A stretch of DNA of 40,687 nt from a virus (taxonomy: Duplodnaviria > Heunggongvirae > Uroviricota > Caudoviricetes), in IMG/VR virus record IMGVR_UViG_2563366891_000016; one strand, written 5' to 3'. Both the position numbers and the translations under genes were made by a program. Under the pieces are notes generated by a model. It was given only the letters and a program-made list of their open reading frames with translations, did no database searches and had not been told where the DNA came from. The stretch's first letter is position 1. The number at the start of each line of letters is the position of its first letter. Positions 27,459 to 37,777 of this stretch are shown here, in pieces.

Positions 27459-29286
27459 ATTTGAGCTTAAGGCGTTGATCACCGGTGTCGACAGGCTTTC
27501 TCCCGCGCTGTCGAAAATGCAAAAGAAAATCCGGGGATTTAAACGCCAGGCGGAAGAAGCGTCACAGGGTGGGCTGGCGCTTGGTGGCGGACTGGCAGCG
27601 GGTCTGACGCTTTCCCTGAAATCTTATGCCGATCAGGAAAACGCCGCCACCGGGCTGAAAGTCGCCATGATGGATGCGAACGGCGAGGTTGGAAAGAGCT
27701 TTCAGGACATCAATAAACTGGCTATTGGCCTGGGTAACCAGCTACCCGGTACAACGGCTGATTTCCAGAACATGATGCAGATGCTGGTGCGTCAGGGGAT
27801 CCCGGCAGAAAACATTCTTGGCGGTGTGGGTAAAGCGACAGCTTATCTTGCGGTACAACTGAAAAAAACACCGGAAGCGGCTGCTGAGTTTGCTGCAAAG
27901 ATGCAGGATGCTACCGGAACGGCGTCAGAAGACATGATGGGGCTGTTCGACACTATCCAGAAGGCGTTTTATCTGGGCGTTGACGATACCAACATGTTGT
28001 CCTTCTTCACTAAAACCAGTTCTGTTCTGAAGATGGTGAATAAGGACGGACTTCAGGCTGCACAGAGCCTTGCCCCTATCAGCGTCATGATGGATCAGAT
28101 GGGGATGAACGGGGAGTCGGCAGGTAATGCCCTGCGAAAAGTTATCCAGTCCGGATTAAGCGTTAAGAAAATCAGGGACGTCAATAAAGTCATGGCCCGC
28201 CAGAAACTCGGGGTGCAGCTCGATTTTACTGACGGCAAAGGGAGTTTTGGCGGTCTTGATAACATGTTTAAGCAACTGGCAAAGCTGCGAAAACTGACCG
28301 ACGTTAAGCGAACAGGTGTACTTAAGGCAATATTTGGTGATGATGCCGAAACCCTTCAGGTGGTCAATGCTCTGATCGATAAAGGAAAGGATGGTTACGA
28401 TCAGATCCAGCAGAAGATGAATAAACAGGCCAGCCTGAATAAACGTGTTCAGGCACAGCTTGGTACGCTGTCCAACCTGTGGGAGGCAATGACGGGGACC
28501 GCAACTAACGGTCTTGCAGCTATTGGCGGCGCATTTTCTGGTGACGCTAAAAATATCACGCAATGGCTGGGGGAGTTGGGGGAAAAATTCACGAAGTTTG
28601 CGGATGAAAATCCCCGGGTTATTCGCGGCGTCGTCGGGCTTGCTGCCGGTCTTGCGATTCTGAAACTGGGATTGATGGGCGTGGGCAGTGCCATCAGTAT
28701 TGTCAGCAGGATCATGTCGATGACGCCGATTGGCATGATTGCGACGGCGATTGCTCTGGCTGCGGGATTAATTATCACTAACTGGGATGTTGTCGGACCT
28801 TATTTCAAGAAGCTCTGGGAAACCATTGGTCCTTATTTTGAGGCTGGCTGGGAACTTCTGAAGAAGGTTTTTGCCTGGTCGCCGCTGGGGATGGTAATCA
28901 ATAACTGGGGACCGGTTGTTAAGTGGTTTCAGGATATGTGGGACAAGCTGAAGCCAATTATTGAGTGGTTTACCGACAGTTCCGGTGACACGGTCGATGC
29001 CATTAACTCTGCGCAGTGGGGCGCGGGTGCTTATGATGCTTATGGGACGGGAATACCGGCACGGGGATACACACCTTATCAGGCGGTGGATCCGGCTCAG
29101 TCAAACAACGCCTCCGATGCCACAGGCCCGAATCCCTTCATGATTAACAAAGCTTCTGCGCCAAAAGTTGATGGTGAGATCAAGGTCTCTTTTGTGAATT
29201 CGCCTCCGGGTATGCGGGTTATGGAAACGCGATCCAGCGGTTTTGATGTCAGCCATGATGTTGGCTATACGCGCTTTGGCAGGTAA
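27451..29286 (+). CDS. Tail tape measure protein
   Basis: 611-aa protein with long helical and Gly/Ala-rich membrane-like segments, after the chaperone pair. Confidence 0.85.
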   Translation: MAEFELKALITGVDRLSPALSKMQKKIRGFKRQAEEASQGGLALGGGLAAGLTLSLKSYADQENAATGLKVAMMDANGEVGKSFQDINKLAIGLGNQLPGTTADFQNMMQMLVRQGIPAENILGGVGKATAYLAVQLKKTPEAAAEFAAKMQDATGTASEDMMGLFDTIQKAFYLGVDDTNMLSFFTKTSSVLKMVNKDGLQAAQSLAPISVMMDQMGMNGESAGNALRKVIQSGLSVKKIRDVNKVMARQKLGVQLDFTDGKGSFGGLDNMFKQLAKLRKLTDVKRTGVLKAIFGDDAETLQVVNALIDKGKDGYDQIQQKMNKQASLNKRVQAQLGTLSNLWEAMTGTATNGLAAIGGAFSGDAKNITQWLGELGEKFTKFADENPRVIRGVVGLAAGLAILKLGLMGVGSAISIVSRIMSMTPIGMIATAIALAAGLIITNWDVVGPYFKKLWETIGPYFEAGWELLKKVFAWSPLGMVINNWGPVVKWFQDMWDKLKPIIEWFTDSSGDTVDAINSAQWGAGAYDAYGTGIPARGYTPYQAVDPAQSNNASDATGPNPFMINKASAPKVDGEIKVSFVNSPPGMRVMETRSSGFDVSHDVGYTRFGR

Positions 29287-29309
29287 TGAAAAATTAATCT
29301 GTTAATGAG

Positions 29310-29331
29310 TCCCACTCCGGTGGGATTTTTT
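29310..29331 (+). terminator. Intrinsic terminator after the tape-measure gene
   Basis: Stem tcccac/gtggga with loop tccg followed by a T-run. Confidence 0.5.
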
Positions 29332-29346
29332 ATGTACGGAGTTTAT

Positions 29347-30675
29347 ATGACGTGGAAAGACAGACTTCAGGACGCGTCATTTCGCGGTGTGCCGTTTAAG
29401 GTTGAAGAAGAAAGTGCGGGAACCGGTCGTCGTGTGGAAACGCACGAATACCCGAACCGCGACAAACCCTATACCGAAGACCTGGGGAAAATCACTTTCC
29501 GCCCGTCCATCACAGCTTATGTGGTGGGAGATGACTGCTTTGACCAGCGCGATCGCCTGATTGACGCGCTGAATAAACCCGGTCCCGGCACGCTTGTCCA
29601 TCCGACTTACGGTGAGCTGAAAGTCTGTGTTGACGGAGAGGTTCGGGTCAGCACATCGAAGAGTGAAGGGCGTATTGTCCGCTTTGACCTGAAGTTTGTC
29701 GAAGCGGGAGAACTCTCTTACCCCACTTCAGGTGCGGCGACGGCGCAGACGCTGATGTCATCCTGTTCTGCACTGGATGACTGCATCAGTGACAGCTTCA
29801 GTGGTTTCAGTATCGATGGCGTGGCAGATTTTGTGCAGAACGACGTCGTCGGTAATGCCAGCACAATGCTTGGGTATGTTTCTGATGCGATGAAAGTGGT
29901 GGATTCTGCCGTATCGGATGCCGCCAGGCTGTTGCAGGGGGATATCTCGGTACTTCTGCCGCCGCCATCGTCAGGCAAAAATTTCGTTGAGCAGGTGCAG
30001 AAAATGTGGCGTACCGGGAAACGCCTTTATGGTAACGCCAGCGACCTGGTCACCATGATCAAAACGCTTTCCGGTGTCAGCCTCGGCAGCGATCTGCAAC
30101 CGCGCGGCGTCTGGAAAACGGACAGTAAAACCACCGCCACGGCGACGCAGCAGCGTAACGTGGTTGCCAGCACCCTTCGTACGACCGCAATCAGCGAAGC
30201 GGCGTATGCCGTCACACGATTGCCTGCGCCCACAACTTCCGCGGTGATGCAGAATGCCACAGTGGGGCAGTCAACAACACCCGCGCAGAGCACCGGCTGG
30301 CCTTCTGTCACGCATCCGGCACTGAACAATGCACCGGCGGTGAAAAACACGGTTGACCTGCCAACGTGGGAAGAACTGACCGACATTCGCGACACACTGA
30401 ATACGGCAATTGATAAGGAGTTGTCCCGTACAACCAGTGATGCGCTGTTTCTGGCGCTGCGCCGGGTGAAAGCAGATCTGAATGCGGATATCAACACGCG
30501 CCTTGAACAGTCTGCACGGATCATTCAGCGCACGCCGGATGAGGTTTTACCCGCGCTGGTGCTGGCGGCGACCTGGTTTGATAACGCGGCGCGTGACGCG
30601 GACATTATCCGGCGTAATGCCATTACGCATCCCGGCTTTGTGCCGGTGATCCCTCTGAAGGTGCCAGTGCAATGA
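29347..30675 (+). CDS. DNA circularization protein (Mu N-like)
   Basis: ATG 29347 with ggag RBS; N-terminal MTWKDRLQDASFRGVPF as recalled for Mu N-type proteins. Confidence 0.65.
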   Translation: MTWKDRLQDASFRGVPFKVEEESAGTGRRVETHEYPNRDKPYTEDLGKITFRPSITAYVVGDDCFDQRDRLIDALNKPGPGTLVHPTYGELKVCVDGEVRVSTSKSEGRIVRFDLKFVEAGELSYPTSGAATAQTLMSSCSALDDCISDSFSGFSIDGVADFVQNDVVGNASTMLGYVSDAMKVVDSAVSDAARLLQGDISVLLPPPSSGKNFVEQVQKMWRTGKRLYGNASDLVTMIKTLSGVSLGSDLQPRGVWKTDSKTTATATQQRNVVASTLRTTAISEAAYAVTRLPAPTTSAVMQNATVGQSTTPAQSTGWPSVTHPALNNAPAVKNTVDLPTWEELTDIRDTLNTAIDKELSRTTSDALFLALRRVKADLNADINTRLEQSARIIQRTPDEVLPALVLAATWFDNAARDADIIRRNAITHPGFVPVIPLKVPVQ

Positions 30676-31751
30676 ACGATAACGTCACGCTACGGGTAAA
30701 TGGCCGGGAGTGGAATGGCTGGACATCGGTGCGCATCGGTGCCGGTGTTGAACGACTGGCGCGGGATTTCAGTGTGGAGATCACCCGCCAGTGGCCGGGA
30801 GATGAGGGTATTACCACGCTTCAGCCGCGCATTAAAAACGGTTCAAAAGTGGAAGTGCTGATTGGTGATGAGCTGGTGATCACCGGCTGGGTGGAGGCGA
30901 CGCCCGTTCGTTACGATGCCCGTTCGGTCAGCACCGGTATTGCCGGACGTAGTCTGACCGCTGATCTGATTGACTGTGCAGCCGAACCGACACAGTTTAA
31001 CGGACGATCGCTGGTACAGATTGCGCAGGCGCTTGCTGCGCCTTTCGGCATTGAGGTGGTGAACAGCGGTGCGCCGTCGGGTGTTATTCCTGATGTCCAG
31101 CCTGATCACGGTGAAACGGTGATTGAGGTGATCAACAAAATACTTGGTCAGCAGCAGGCGCTGGCTTACGACGACCCGCACGGCAGGCTGGTGATTGGCG
31201 GTATTGGCTCAACGCGGGCACATACCGCGCTGGTACTCGGGGAAAACATCCTTTCCTGCGATACGGAGAAGAGTATCCGGGAGCGGTTTTCTGTTTACCA
31301 GGTGGCGGGGCAGCGTGCCGGAAACGATGATGATTTCGGTGAGGCCACCACCACCGCGCTGCGGGCCCGCACAGAGGACGCATTTATTGCCCGTTACCGT
31401 CCGATGTATATCAGGCAGACAGGGCAGGCTACGGGGGCAGGCTGTATTGCGCGTGCTGACTTTGAAGCCCGGCAACGGGCGGCGCGGACGGATGAAACCA
31501 CCTATGTGGTGCAGGGCTGGCGACAGGGTAACGGTACGCTGTGGCAGCCCAACCAGCGGGTGATTGTCTTCGATCCGGTCTGTGGTTTCGACAATACCGA
31601 ACTGCTTGTCTCGGAAGTCACGTTTACTCAGGACCAGAACGGCACCCTGACGGAAATCCGTGTCGGCCCGCCTGATGCTTATCTGCCTGAACCCGAAGCC
31701 CCCGGCGCGCGGAAAAAGAAAAAAGCCAGAGTACAGGAGGACCCGTTCTGA
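30672..31751 (+). CDS. Baseplate hub protein (Mu P-like)
   Basis: 359 aa, overlapping start; conserved position in a Mu-type baseplate cluster. Confidence 0.6.
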   Translation: MNDNVTLRVNGREWNGWTSVRIGAGVERLARDFSVEITRQWPGDEGITTLQPRIKNGSKVEVLIGDELVITGWVEATPVRYDARSVSTGIAGRSLTADLIDCAAEPTQFNGRSLVQIAQALAAPFGIEVVNSGAPSGVIPDVQPDHGETVIEVINKILGQQQALAYDDPHGRLVIGGIGSTRAHTALVLGENILSCDTEKSIRERFSVYQVAGQRAGNDDDFGEATTTALRARTEDAFIARYRPMYIRQTGQATGAGCIARADFEARQRAARTDETTYVVQGWRQGNGTLWQPNQRVIVFDPVCGFDNTELLVSEVTFTQDQNGTLTEIRVGPPDAYLPEPEAPGARKKKKARVQEDPF

Positions 31752-32299
31752 TGAGGACGATTGAAGCCATGCAGCGACAACTCCTCGGCCTGATTGGGCG
31801 GGCCGTGGTGAAAAGCATCAGTGCCGCCACGAAATGTCAGACCGTGGATGTGTCCCTGATTGCCGGTGAACCCAAAGCCGGGGTTGAACATCTTGAACCC
31901 TACGGTTTTACCGCAAGGGCAAACAGCGGTGCGGAAGCGGTGGTGTTGTTTCCGGATGGCGACCGTTCTCATGCGGTGGTTGTTACGGTGTCGGACCGTC
32001 GCTACCGCCTGAAAGGGCTGCAGACGGGTGAGGTGGCTGTCTATGACGATCAGGGGCAGTCCGTGACGCTGACCCGGGAGGGGATCGTGGTGGACGGTGC
32101 AGGTAAAACGATCACGTTTCGCAATGCGCCTAAGGCACGTTTTGAAATGGACCTGGAAGTGACCGGACAGGTGAAAGACCTGTGCGACTCCGGCGGCACC
32201 ACCATGTCAGCGATGCGGCTTGCCTATAACGGGCATCGTCACAGAGAGAACGGTCAGGGCAGTAACACCGACAAACCTGATAAAGCGATGGAGGCATGA
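31751..32299 (+). CDS. Baseplate assembly protein V (spike)
   Basis: 182 aa in gpV position. Confidence 0.6.
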   Translation: MRTIEAMQRQLLGLIGRAVVKSISAATKCQTVDVSLIAGEPKAGVEHLEPYGFTARANSGAEAVVLFPDGDRSHAVVVTVSDRRYRLKGLQTGEVAVYDDQGQSVTLTREGIVVDGAGKTITFRNAPKARFEMDLEVTGQVKDLCDSGGTTMSAMRLAYNGHRHRENGQGSNTDKPDKAMEA

Positions 32300-32724
32300 T
32301 GGAAGTGTGGCTGACGGTGAACGGTAAACGCACCTGCGCCAGCGCACCGCTGGATCCGCTGACCCGCGCCGTGGTGATTTCCCTGTTTACCTGGCGGCGG
32401 GCGGAGCCTGATGACAATGCCGACGTCCCGATGGGATGGTGGGGGGATACCTGGCCTGCGGTACAGAATGACCGTTACGGCTCCCGACTGTGGCTGCTTC
32501 AACGCAGCAAACTGACCAATCAACTGGTGCAGACGGTAAGGGGGTATATCCGCGAATGCCTGCAATGGATGATTGATGACGGCGTGGTGTCCCGTATTGA
32601 TCTGGATATCCGCCGCACCGGGATTAATGAACTGGGTAACAGTATCACTCTCTGGCGTCGTGACGGACCGGTAATGATTTCTTTTGATGATCTGTGGAGT
32701 GCGATAACGCATGGCGAACAGTGA
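32296..32724 (+). CDS. Baseplate protein (Mu gp46-like)
   Basis: 142 aa, overlapping genes in the baseplate cluster. Confidence 0.55.
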   Translation: MMEVWLTVNGKRTCASAPLDPLTRAVVISLFTWRRAEPDDNADVPMGWWGDTWPAVQNDRYGSRLWLLQRSKLTNQLVQTVRGYIRECLQWMIDDGVVSRIDLDIRRTGINELGNSITLWRRDGPVMISFDDLWSAITHGEQ

Positions 32725-33769
32725 ATTTCAGCGCCCGACGCTGGCAGAAAATATCAGTATGCTCCGTAACGATTTATTCGCCAGGCTGGACGTCAGCGAC
32801 ACGCTCCGGCGCATGGATGAAGACGTGCGGGCAAAGGTGTATGCGGCGGCGCTGCATACGGTTTACGGTTACATCGATTATCTGGCAATGAACATGCTGC
32901 CTGACCTGTGCGATGAGTCCTGGCTGGCGCGACATGCTGCGATGAAACGGTGTCCGCGCAAGGGGGCCACGGCTGCCAGCGGGTATATGCGCTGGGAAGG
33001 TGTCAGCGATGGCCTGAAGGTGACCGCCGGGAGTGTTATTCAGCGCGATGACCTGGTTCAGTACATGGCAACTGCCGATGCAACCAGCTCCGGTGGTGTC
33101 CTGCGCGTGCCGATCGCATGCTCAAATGCAGGCGCGGTCGGTAACGCTGACGACGGTTCGGCATTAATCCTGGTCACGCCGGTGAATGGTCTGCCGTCTT
33201 CCGGTGTGGCTGACACCCTGACAGGCGGATTTGATACTGAAGAGCTGGAAACGTGGCGCGCCCGCGTCATTGAGCGGTATTACTGGACGCCGCAGGGCGG
33301 GGCTGACGGGGACTATGTCGTCTGGGCTAAAGAAGTGCCCGGCATTACCCGCGCATGGACATACCGTCACTGGATGGGAACGGGAACTGTCGGTGTGATG
33401 ATTGCCAGCAGTGACCTGATTAATCCCATTCCGGAAGAATCAACGGAAACGGCGGCAAGACAACATATCGGGCCACTGGCCCCGGTGGCAGGCTCTGATT
33501 TGTATGTGTTCAGGCCGGTGGCACATACGGTGGATTTTCATATCCGCGTGACGCCGGACACACCGGAAATACGGGCTGCCATCACCGCGGAGTTGCGTTC
33601 GTTCCTGCTGCGTGATGGTTATCCGCAGGGAGAACTGAAGGTATCGCGTATCAGTGAGGCGATTTCCGGTGCGAACGGGGAATACAGCCATCAGTTGCTT
33701 GCACCGGCAGACAATATCTCCATTGCAAAAAATGAACTGGCGGTTCTGGGGACGATTTCATGGACGTGA
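32711..33769 (+). CDS. Baseplate J-like protein (Mu gp47-like)
   Basis: 352 aa in the conserved baseplate position. Confidence 0.65.
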   Translation: MANSEFQRPTLAENISMLRNDLFARLDVSDTLRRMDEDVRAKVYAAALHTVYGYIDYLAMNMLPDLCDESWLARHAAMKRCPRKGATAASGYMRWEGVSDGLKVTAGSVIQRDDLVQYMATADATSSGGVLRVPIACSNAGAVGNADDGSALILVTPVNGLPSSGVADTLTGGFDTEELETWRARVIERYYWTPQGGADGDYVVWAKEVPGITRAWTYRHWMGTGTVGVMIASSDLINPIPEESTETAARQHIGPLAPVAGSDLYVFRPVAHTVDFHIRVTPDTPEIRAAITAELRSFLLRDGYPQGELKVSRISEAISGANGEYSHQLLAPADNISIAKNELAVLGTISWT

Positions 33770-34344
33770 CAAACGATGATTACATCCGTCTGTTGTCGGC
33801 ACTGTTGCCCCCCGGTCCGGCGTGGTCAGCCAGCGATCCGGCGATTGCCGGTGCGGCACCGTCATTAACCCGCGTTCATCAGCGTGCGGATGCCCTGATG
33901 CGGGAGCTGGATCCGCGCACCACCACCGAACTGATAAACCGCTGGGAGCGTCTGTGCGGCCTGCCGGATGAATGTATTCCGGCAGGGACACAGACCCTTC
34001 GCCAGCGTCAGCAACGACTGGATGCGAAGGTTAACCTGGCGGGCGGCATCAATGAGGATTTTTACCTTGCACAGCTTGCTGCCCTGGGCAGACCAGACGC
34101 CACCATCACGCGATACGACAAAAGCACGTTCACCTGCTCATCGGCCTGTACTGACGCGGTGAATGCGCCGGAATGGCGGTATTACTGGCAGGTCAACATG
34201 CCAGCCGCCACCAACACCACCTGGATGACATGTGGCGATCCCTGTGATTCCGCACTGCGTATCTGGGGCGACACCGTTGTCGAGTGTGTGCTTAACAAAC
34301 TCTGCCCGTCGCATACCTACGTAATTTTTAAATATCCGGAGTAA
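33760..34344 (+). CDS. Tail protein (Mu gp48-like)
   Basis: 194 aa between baseplate J and the tail fiber. Confidence 0.55.
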   Translation: MDVTNDDYIRLLSALLPPGPAWSASDPAIAGAAPSLTRVHQRADALMRELDPRTTTELINRWERLCGLPDECIPAGTQTLRQRQQRLDAKVNLAGGINEDFYLAQLAALGRPDATITRYDKSTFTCSSACTDAVNAPEWRYYWQVNMPAATNTTWMTCGDPCDSALRIWGDTVVECVLNKLCPSHTYVIFKYPE

Positions 34345-34347
34345 TTC

Positions 34348-35352
34348 ATGCATCGTATAGACACGAAAACCGCGCAGAAGGATAAGTTCGGCGCGGGTAA
34401 GAACGGTTTTACCCGTGGTAACCCCCAGACCGGCACGCCTGCTACCGATCTGGATGATGACTACTTTGACATGTTGCAGGAAGAGCTTTGTGGCGTGGTG
34501 GAGGCATCCGGTGCCAGCCTGGAGAAGGGGCGAAACGACCAGTTGCTTACCGCGCTTCGTGCGCTGCTGTTAAGCCGCAAGAATCCGTTTGGTGATATCA
34601 AATCGGATGGCACGGTGAAAACGGCTCTCGAAAACCTTGGTTTGGGAGATGGAACAGGAAGACTCATTGCAGTGTACCGGATTGACACATCCCGGCAAAT
34701 TACACTGCCGAAAGATGCCAGGTTTGTTGTGGCAGATATGATTGGTGGCGGAGGCGGCGGTGGCAGTAACTCCACGACCGTACAACCCGGATATGCGTCA
34801 GCAGGGCAGGGCGGGAATTCAGGTAGCCGTGTGGTAGCAAAATTCACAGTTGATGCCAGTCAGAAAATTAATATTACTATTGGCGCAGGTGGTGCGGGGG
34901 GCGTGACAACTCCCGCAACCGGAGCTAATGGAAGTGACGGTGGGGCTACGATTATCGACGGTATTACAGCTACTGGTGGGCGAGGTGGAGCTAAGGGGGC
35001 AGCATTTAATGTTCTGCCAACCGGCGGGCCTACAGCGATTCAGAATGCTAATAACACCATTCCTGGAGGAGCAGAATTGATAGCACAGCATCTCGGGTAT
35101 GGTGGAAGCTCTGGATTTCTGTTCTCGGATAAAAATGCGATTGGCGGGAAAGGGGCTGACTCTGAATTCGGAGTGGGCGGTGTGGCAGTCGGAATTAGCT
35201 CAGGAGTCAATGCATCGACGGGAAAAAATGCCACAGGTAATGGCTCTGGCGGAAGCGGCGCGGTCTCTATTTATGGATCAGGGTCTACCGGGGTGTCTAT
35301 GTCGGGTGGAGCAGGGGCTGACGGTCTGGCGATTTTGTGGGTATACGGCTAA
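34348..35352 (+). CDS. Tail fiber protein with glycine-rich repeat domain
   Basis: Conserved fiber-type N-terminus ([21 protein letters not shown]...) then a long G/S/A/T-rich region; followed by a Tfa gene. Confidence 0.75.
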   Translation: MHRIDTKTAQKDKFGAGKNGFTRGNPQTGTPATDLDDDYFDMLQEELCGVVEASGASLEKGRNDQLLTALRALLLSRKNPFGDIKSDGTVKTALENLGLGDGTGRLIAVYRIDTSRQITLPKDARFVVADMIGGGGGGGSNSTTVQPGYASAGQGGNSGSRVVAKFTVDASQKINITIGAGGAGGVTTPATGANGSDGGATIIDGITATGGRGGAKGAAFNVLPTGGPTAIQNANNTIPGGAELIAQHLGYGGSSGFLFSDKNAIGGKGADSEFGVGGVAVGISSGVNASTGKNATGNGSGGSGAVSIYGSGSTGVSMSGGAGADGLAILWVYG

Positions 35353-35747
35353 TGAACAGATACGCATTAATTAAAAACAATATTGTTGTTAATATCGTTG
35401 TTTGGGATGGCGCAGGAGATATGTTTGCCGATTTTAAGGCAGTTAATATCTCTGGTGTTGCAGTTGATATTGGATGGATCTATGACGGAAATAATTTCAC
35501 AGCCCCCCCCGAACCTGAGAAAACTAAAGAACAGTTAATCCAGGAAGCAGAACTCGAAAAAGAAGGGCGCATACGTGCTGCAAATGATTTTATTAACAGC
35601 AAGCAGTGGCCCGGTAAAGCGGCTATTGGTCGTCTGAAAGGTGACGAACTGGAGCAATATAATTTGTGGCTGGATTATCTGGACGCACTGGATGCTGTAG
35701 ATACTTCAACTGCACCAGAAATAGACTGGCCTCAGCAATCAGAATAA
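35352..35747 (+). CDS. Tail fiber assembly protein (Tfa-like)
   Basis: TAATG overlap with the fiber stop; [20 protein letters not shown] is a typical Tfa N-terminus. Confidence 0.7.
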   Translation: MNRYALIKNNIVVNIVVWDGAGDMFADFKAVNISGVAVDIGWIYDGNNFTAPPEPEKTKEQLIQEAELEKEGRIRAANDFINSKQWPGKAAIGRLKGDELEQYNLWLDYLDALDAVDTSTAPEIDWPQQSE

Positions 35748-35783
35748 AAATATGGGGCAGCGCCCCATATTTCTCGTTGACTG

Positions 35784-36830
35784 TCATATTAAAGCTTTTC
35801 GTAAAAGTGTCTTGCCGATTAAAACACCTCTTCGCTCTACAAGCTTGTGCGCAAAATAACAAACTATAAATAACAATAATAATATTTGAATGTTACTATT
35901 GATGTATTTAATTCCGATTTTATTAACTACTAATAACAAAGAGTCCCAAATCCAGTTATGAAATAAGTACACAGCATAAGTCATTTCAGATAGCAAATTG
36001 CATGCTTTGGATTCAATGAATCTATCTTTAAATAACCACGAACAAAGAAAAATAACAGTTCCTGTGAATGCGTAGTTGTAGTGCCCCCAGAATGGGTTTA
36101 TTTTTTCAATGAGAGATAAATGAAGATAGAACATAGTTACGATGGATATTAAAGCAACAATCCGATTAACTAACTTATGCTCTGTAAGGTACACTACTAC
36201 ACCTATAAACAAAAATGGCGTATACAAGGTGAAGTAAGCATTATGAAAATCCTTCGCTACAGGGAAAGGATTAATGGTGGATATAAATAATGATATAAAA
36301 AGTAGTAGAACTGTTAAAACGTTTCCTTTATTTATGAGTCCGACTTTTTTAACCAAACCCATAAACACATAGAACAGCATTTCTATTCTTAACGTCCATT
36401 CAACACCAGCCAATGAAAGAGGTGTGTTAAAGAAATCGCCTATAAGCAATAATCTAGGTATTATTATGCTCAGAGGTGGAATGTTTCCACCATTATAGTA
36501 TTGGATCAACATTTCAGCTAAAACAGCAAAAATATAGAGTGGGTATATTCTAAATATTCTTTTTAAATAAAATTCAAAAGTTGCTTCTTTTTGTAGTACG
36601 TGGGTGATGATGTACCCTGAAACAAGAAAGAAGATCACAACCCCCATTGCACCACCGAAACTGGCATCTGCTAGTAATCCGTAAAAAAGCCTCAGTGTAA
36701 AGTGGTTACTTGGATCGTTCGCCAACGAAGATAAATCTTTGTTGAACTTATGACCTAACACCACAAGGGAGAACGCAATTACACGCATGTAATCTAAAAA
36801 AAGAATTCGACGATTGTTCATGATTTTCAT
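35784..36830 (-). CDS. Acyltransferase family 3 integral membrane protein (O-antigen acetyltransferase-like)
   Basis: AT-rich gene; polytopic membrane protein with FLDYMRVIAFSLVVLGH near the N-terminus (OafA/Oac-type conserved R and H); sits between tail genes and the integrase, as O-antigen modification genes do in Sf6/SfV-type phages. Confidence 0.7.
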   Translation of the reverse strand: MKIMNNRRILFLDYMRVIAFSLVVLGHKFNKDLSSLANDPSNHFTLRLFYGLLADASFGGAMGVVIFFLVSGYIITHVLQKEATFEFYLKRIFRIYPLYIFAVLAEMLIQYYNGGNIPPLSIIIPRLLLIGDFFNTPLSLAGVEWTLRIEMLFYVFMGLVKKVGLINKGNVLTVLLLFISLFISTINPFPVAKDFHNAYFTLYTPFLFIGVVVYLTEHKLVNRIVALISIVTMFYLHLSLIEKINPFWGHYNYAFTGTVIFLCSWLFKDRFIESKACNLLSEMTYAVYLFHNWIWDSLLLVVNKIGIKYINSNIQILLLLFIVCYFAHKLVERRGVLIGKTLLRKALI

Positions 36831-36905
36831 TTAATTTATTGAGTTGTGATCATTTTATAGCAACTAACCATTGTTAGCTATGCTGTCACCTTGTAAACAA
36901 GATGG

Positions 36906-37232
36906 TTATGTGACATCACCGTCGATCCAGTCCTCCCACCACTGCATCATTTCTCTGCGCTTATCGAGATACTGAGCATGGTTATAAATCCAACGCACAG
37001 ATCCGCCGTTGGCATGCGCCAGTTGAGCTTTAATGACTTTGCGACGCAACTCAATAATCAAGAGCATGGAGTCAATCATCCAATCATCAATTGATCGAGA
37101 ATTGAAGTGGTTGTTGAGACAAAACTGAGACACACAAAGCCTTGCACTTGATTGCAAGGCTTTGGGCTCTTCTGTGGGGGCTACATGTCTGAAGAGCGTT
37201 GTGCCGTATTTGTGACATGCATATAACAACAT
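36906..37232 (-). CDS. Hypothetical protein; real product may be the C-terminal ~57 aa
   Basis: N-terminal half has poor composition; C-terminal ELRRKVIKAQLAHANGGSVRWIYNHAQYLDKRREMMQWWEDW looks protein-like. Confidence 0.3.
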   Translation of the reverse strand: MLLYACHKYGTTLFRHVAPTEEPKALQSSARLCVSQFCLNNHFNSRSIDDWMIDSMLLIIELRRKVIKAQLAHANGGSVRWIYNHAQYLDKRREMMQWWEDWIDGDVT

Positions 37233-37290
37233 AATGCATCAACTTTCTGTTTGTGCCATCAGCTATGGCTTAGTGAATGCAGTTAATGCT

Positions 37291-37345
37291 TGCTAGAATG
37301 ATTGGTGCTACAGATTCGTAATGCGAAGGTTGTAGGTTCGTCCCC
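37291..37345 (+). other. tRNA-Thr-like fragment (pseudo-tRNA / relic attachment core)
   Basis: ATTCGTAATGCGAAGGTTGTAGGTTCG at 37314-37340 matches the anticodon-arm to T-arm segment of tRNA-Thr(CGU) as recalled, but the flanks cannot form an acceptor stem or T-stem. Confidence 0.4.
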
Positions 37346-37496
37346 CTTTTCAGTACTACCTAAATCAATAAGTTACCTAACTTTCAGTTATGACAGAAAG
37401 ATATATATGCCAAGTAAAGTATAGAGAAACTGTCAAAGCAATAAAGGCTGGTGCTCCGTGTGTGGCGGCTGATGTATAGACATTTATGCAGATGAA

Positions 37497-37523
37497 ACGA
37501 AAAAAAGCCCGCATCTGCGGGCT
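37497..37523 (-). terminator. Intrinsic terminator on the minus strand
   Basis: Stem agcccgca/tgcgggct with 2-nt loop, followed on the minus strand by a run of 7 U. Confidence 0.65.
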
Positions 37524-37777
37524 TTCATGTCATTAGGGCACTGCGGCTCCTTTGCGTATCCTTTTTGTTTCCTCACAGTCTGGTCGGTGCCCTGCTGAGA
37601 CCAATAACTTCCAGTTTTTGTTAGTGTTATCCTTACACCGTCCAATCATGATTGGTGGGCTGGCGGGAGTTGAAACTGCAGGCACGTCGTATGCAAGAAC
37701 ATGCTGTGGCTGGCTGCTTTACTTTCGATAGTGCGAGTATTGAATGATTTCCAGCCGTTACCGATTTTACGTGTTAA

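Noticed and set aside
30027-30524. 165-aa minus-strand ORF inside the Mu N-like gene
   Set aside because: Antisense to a conserved tail gene; arginine/serine/alanine-rich translation typical of the reverse frame of GC-rich coding DNA.
34730-35340. Repetitive GGT/GGC-rich tracts resembling a low-complexity repeat array
   Set aside because: They are glycine codons within the tail fiber coding frame, not a CRISPR or tandem non-coding repeat; no spacer-repeat periodicity.
37261-37345. Possible intact tRNA gene
   Set aside because: Only the anticodon-arm to T-arm segment resembles tRNA-Thr; no acceptor stem, T-stem 3' half or CCA-proximal sequence can be formed, so it is annotated as a fragment only.
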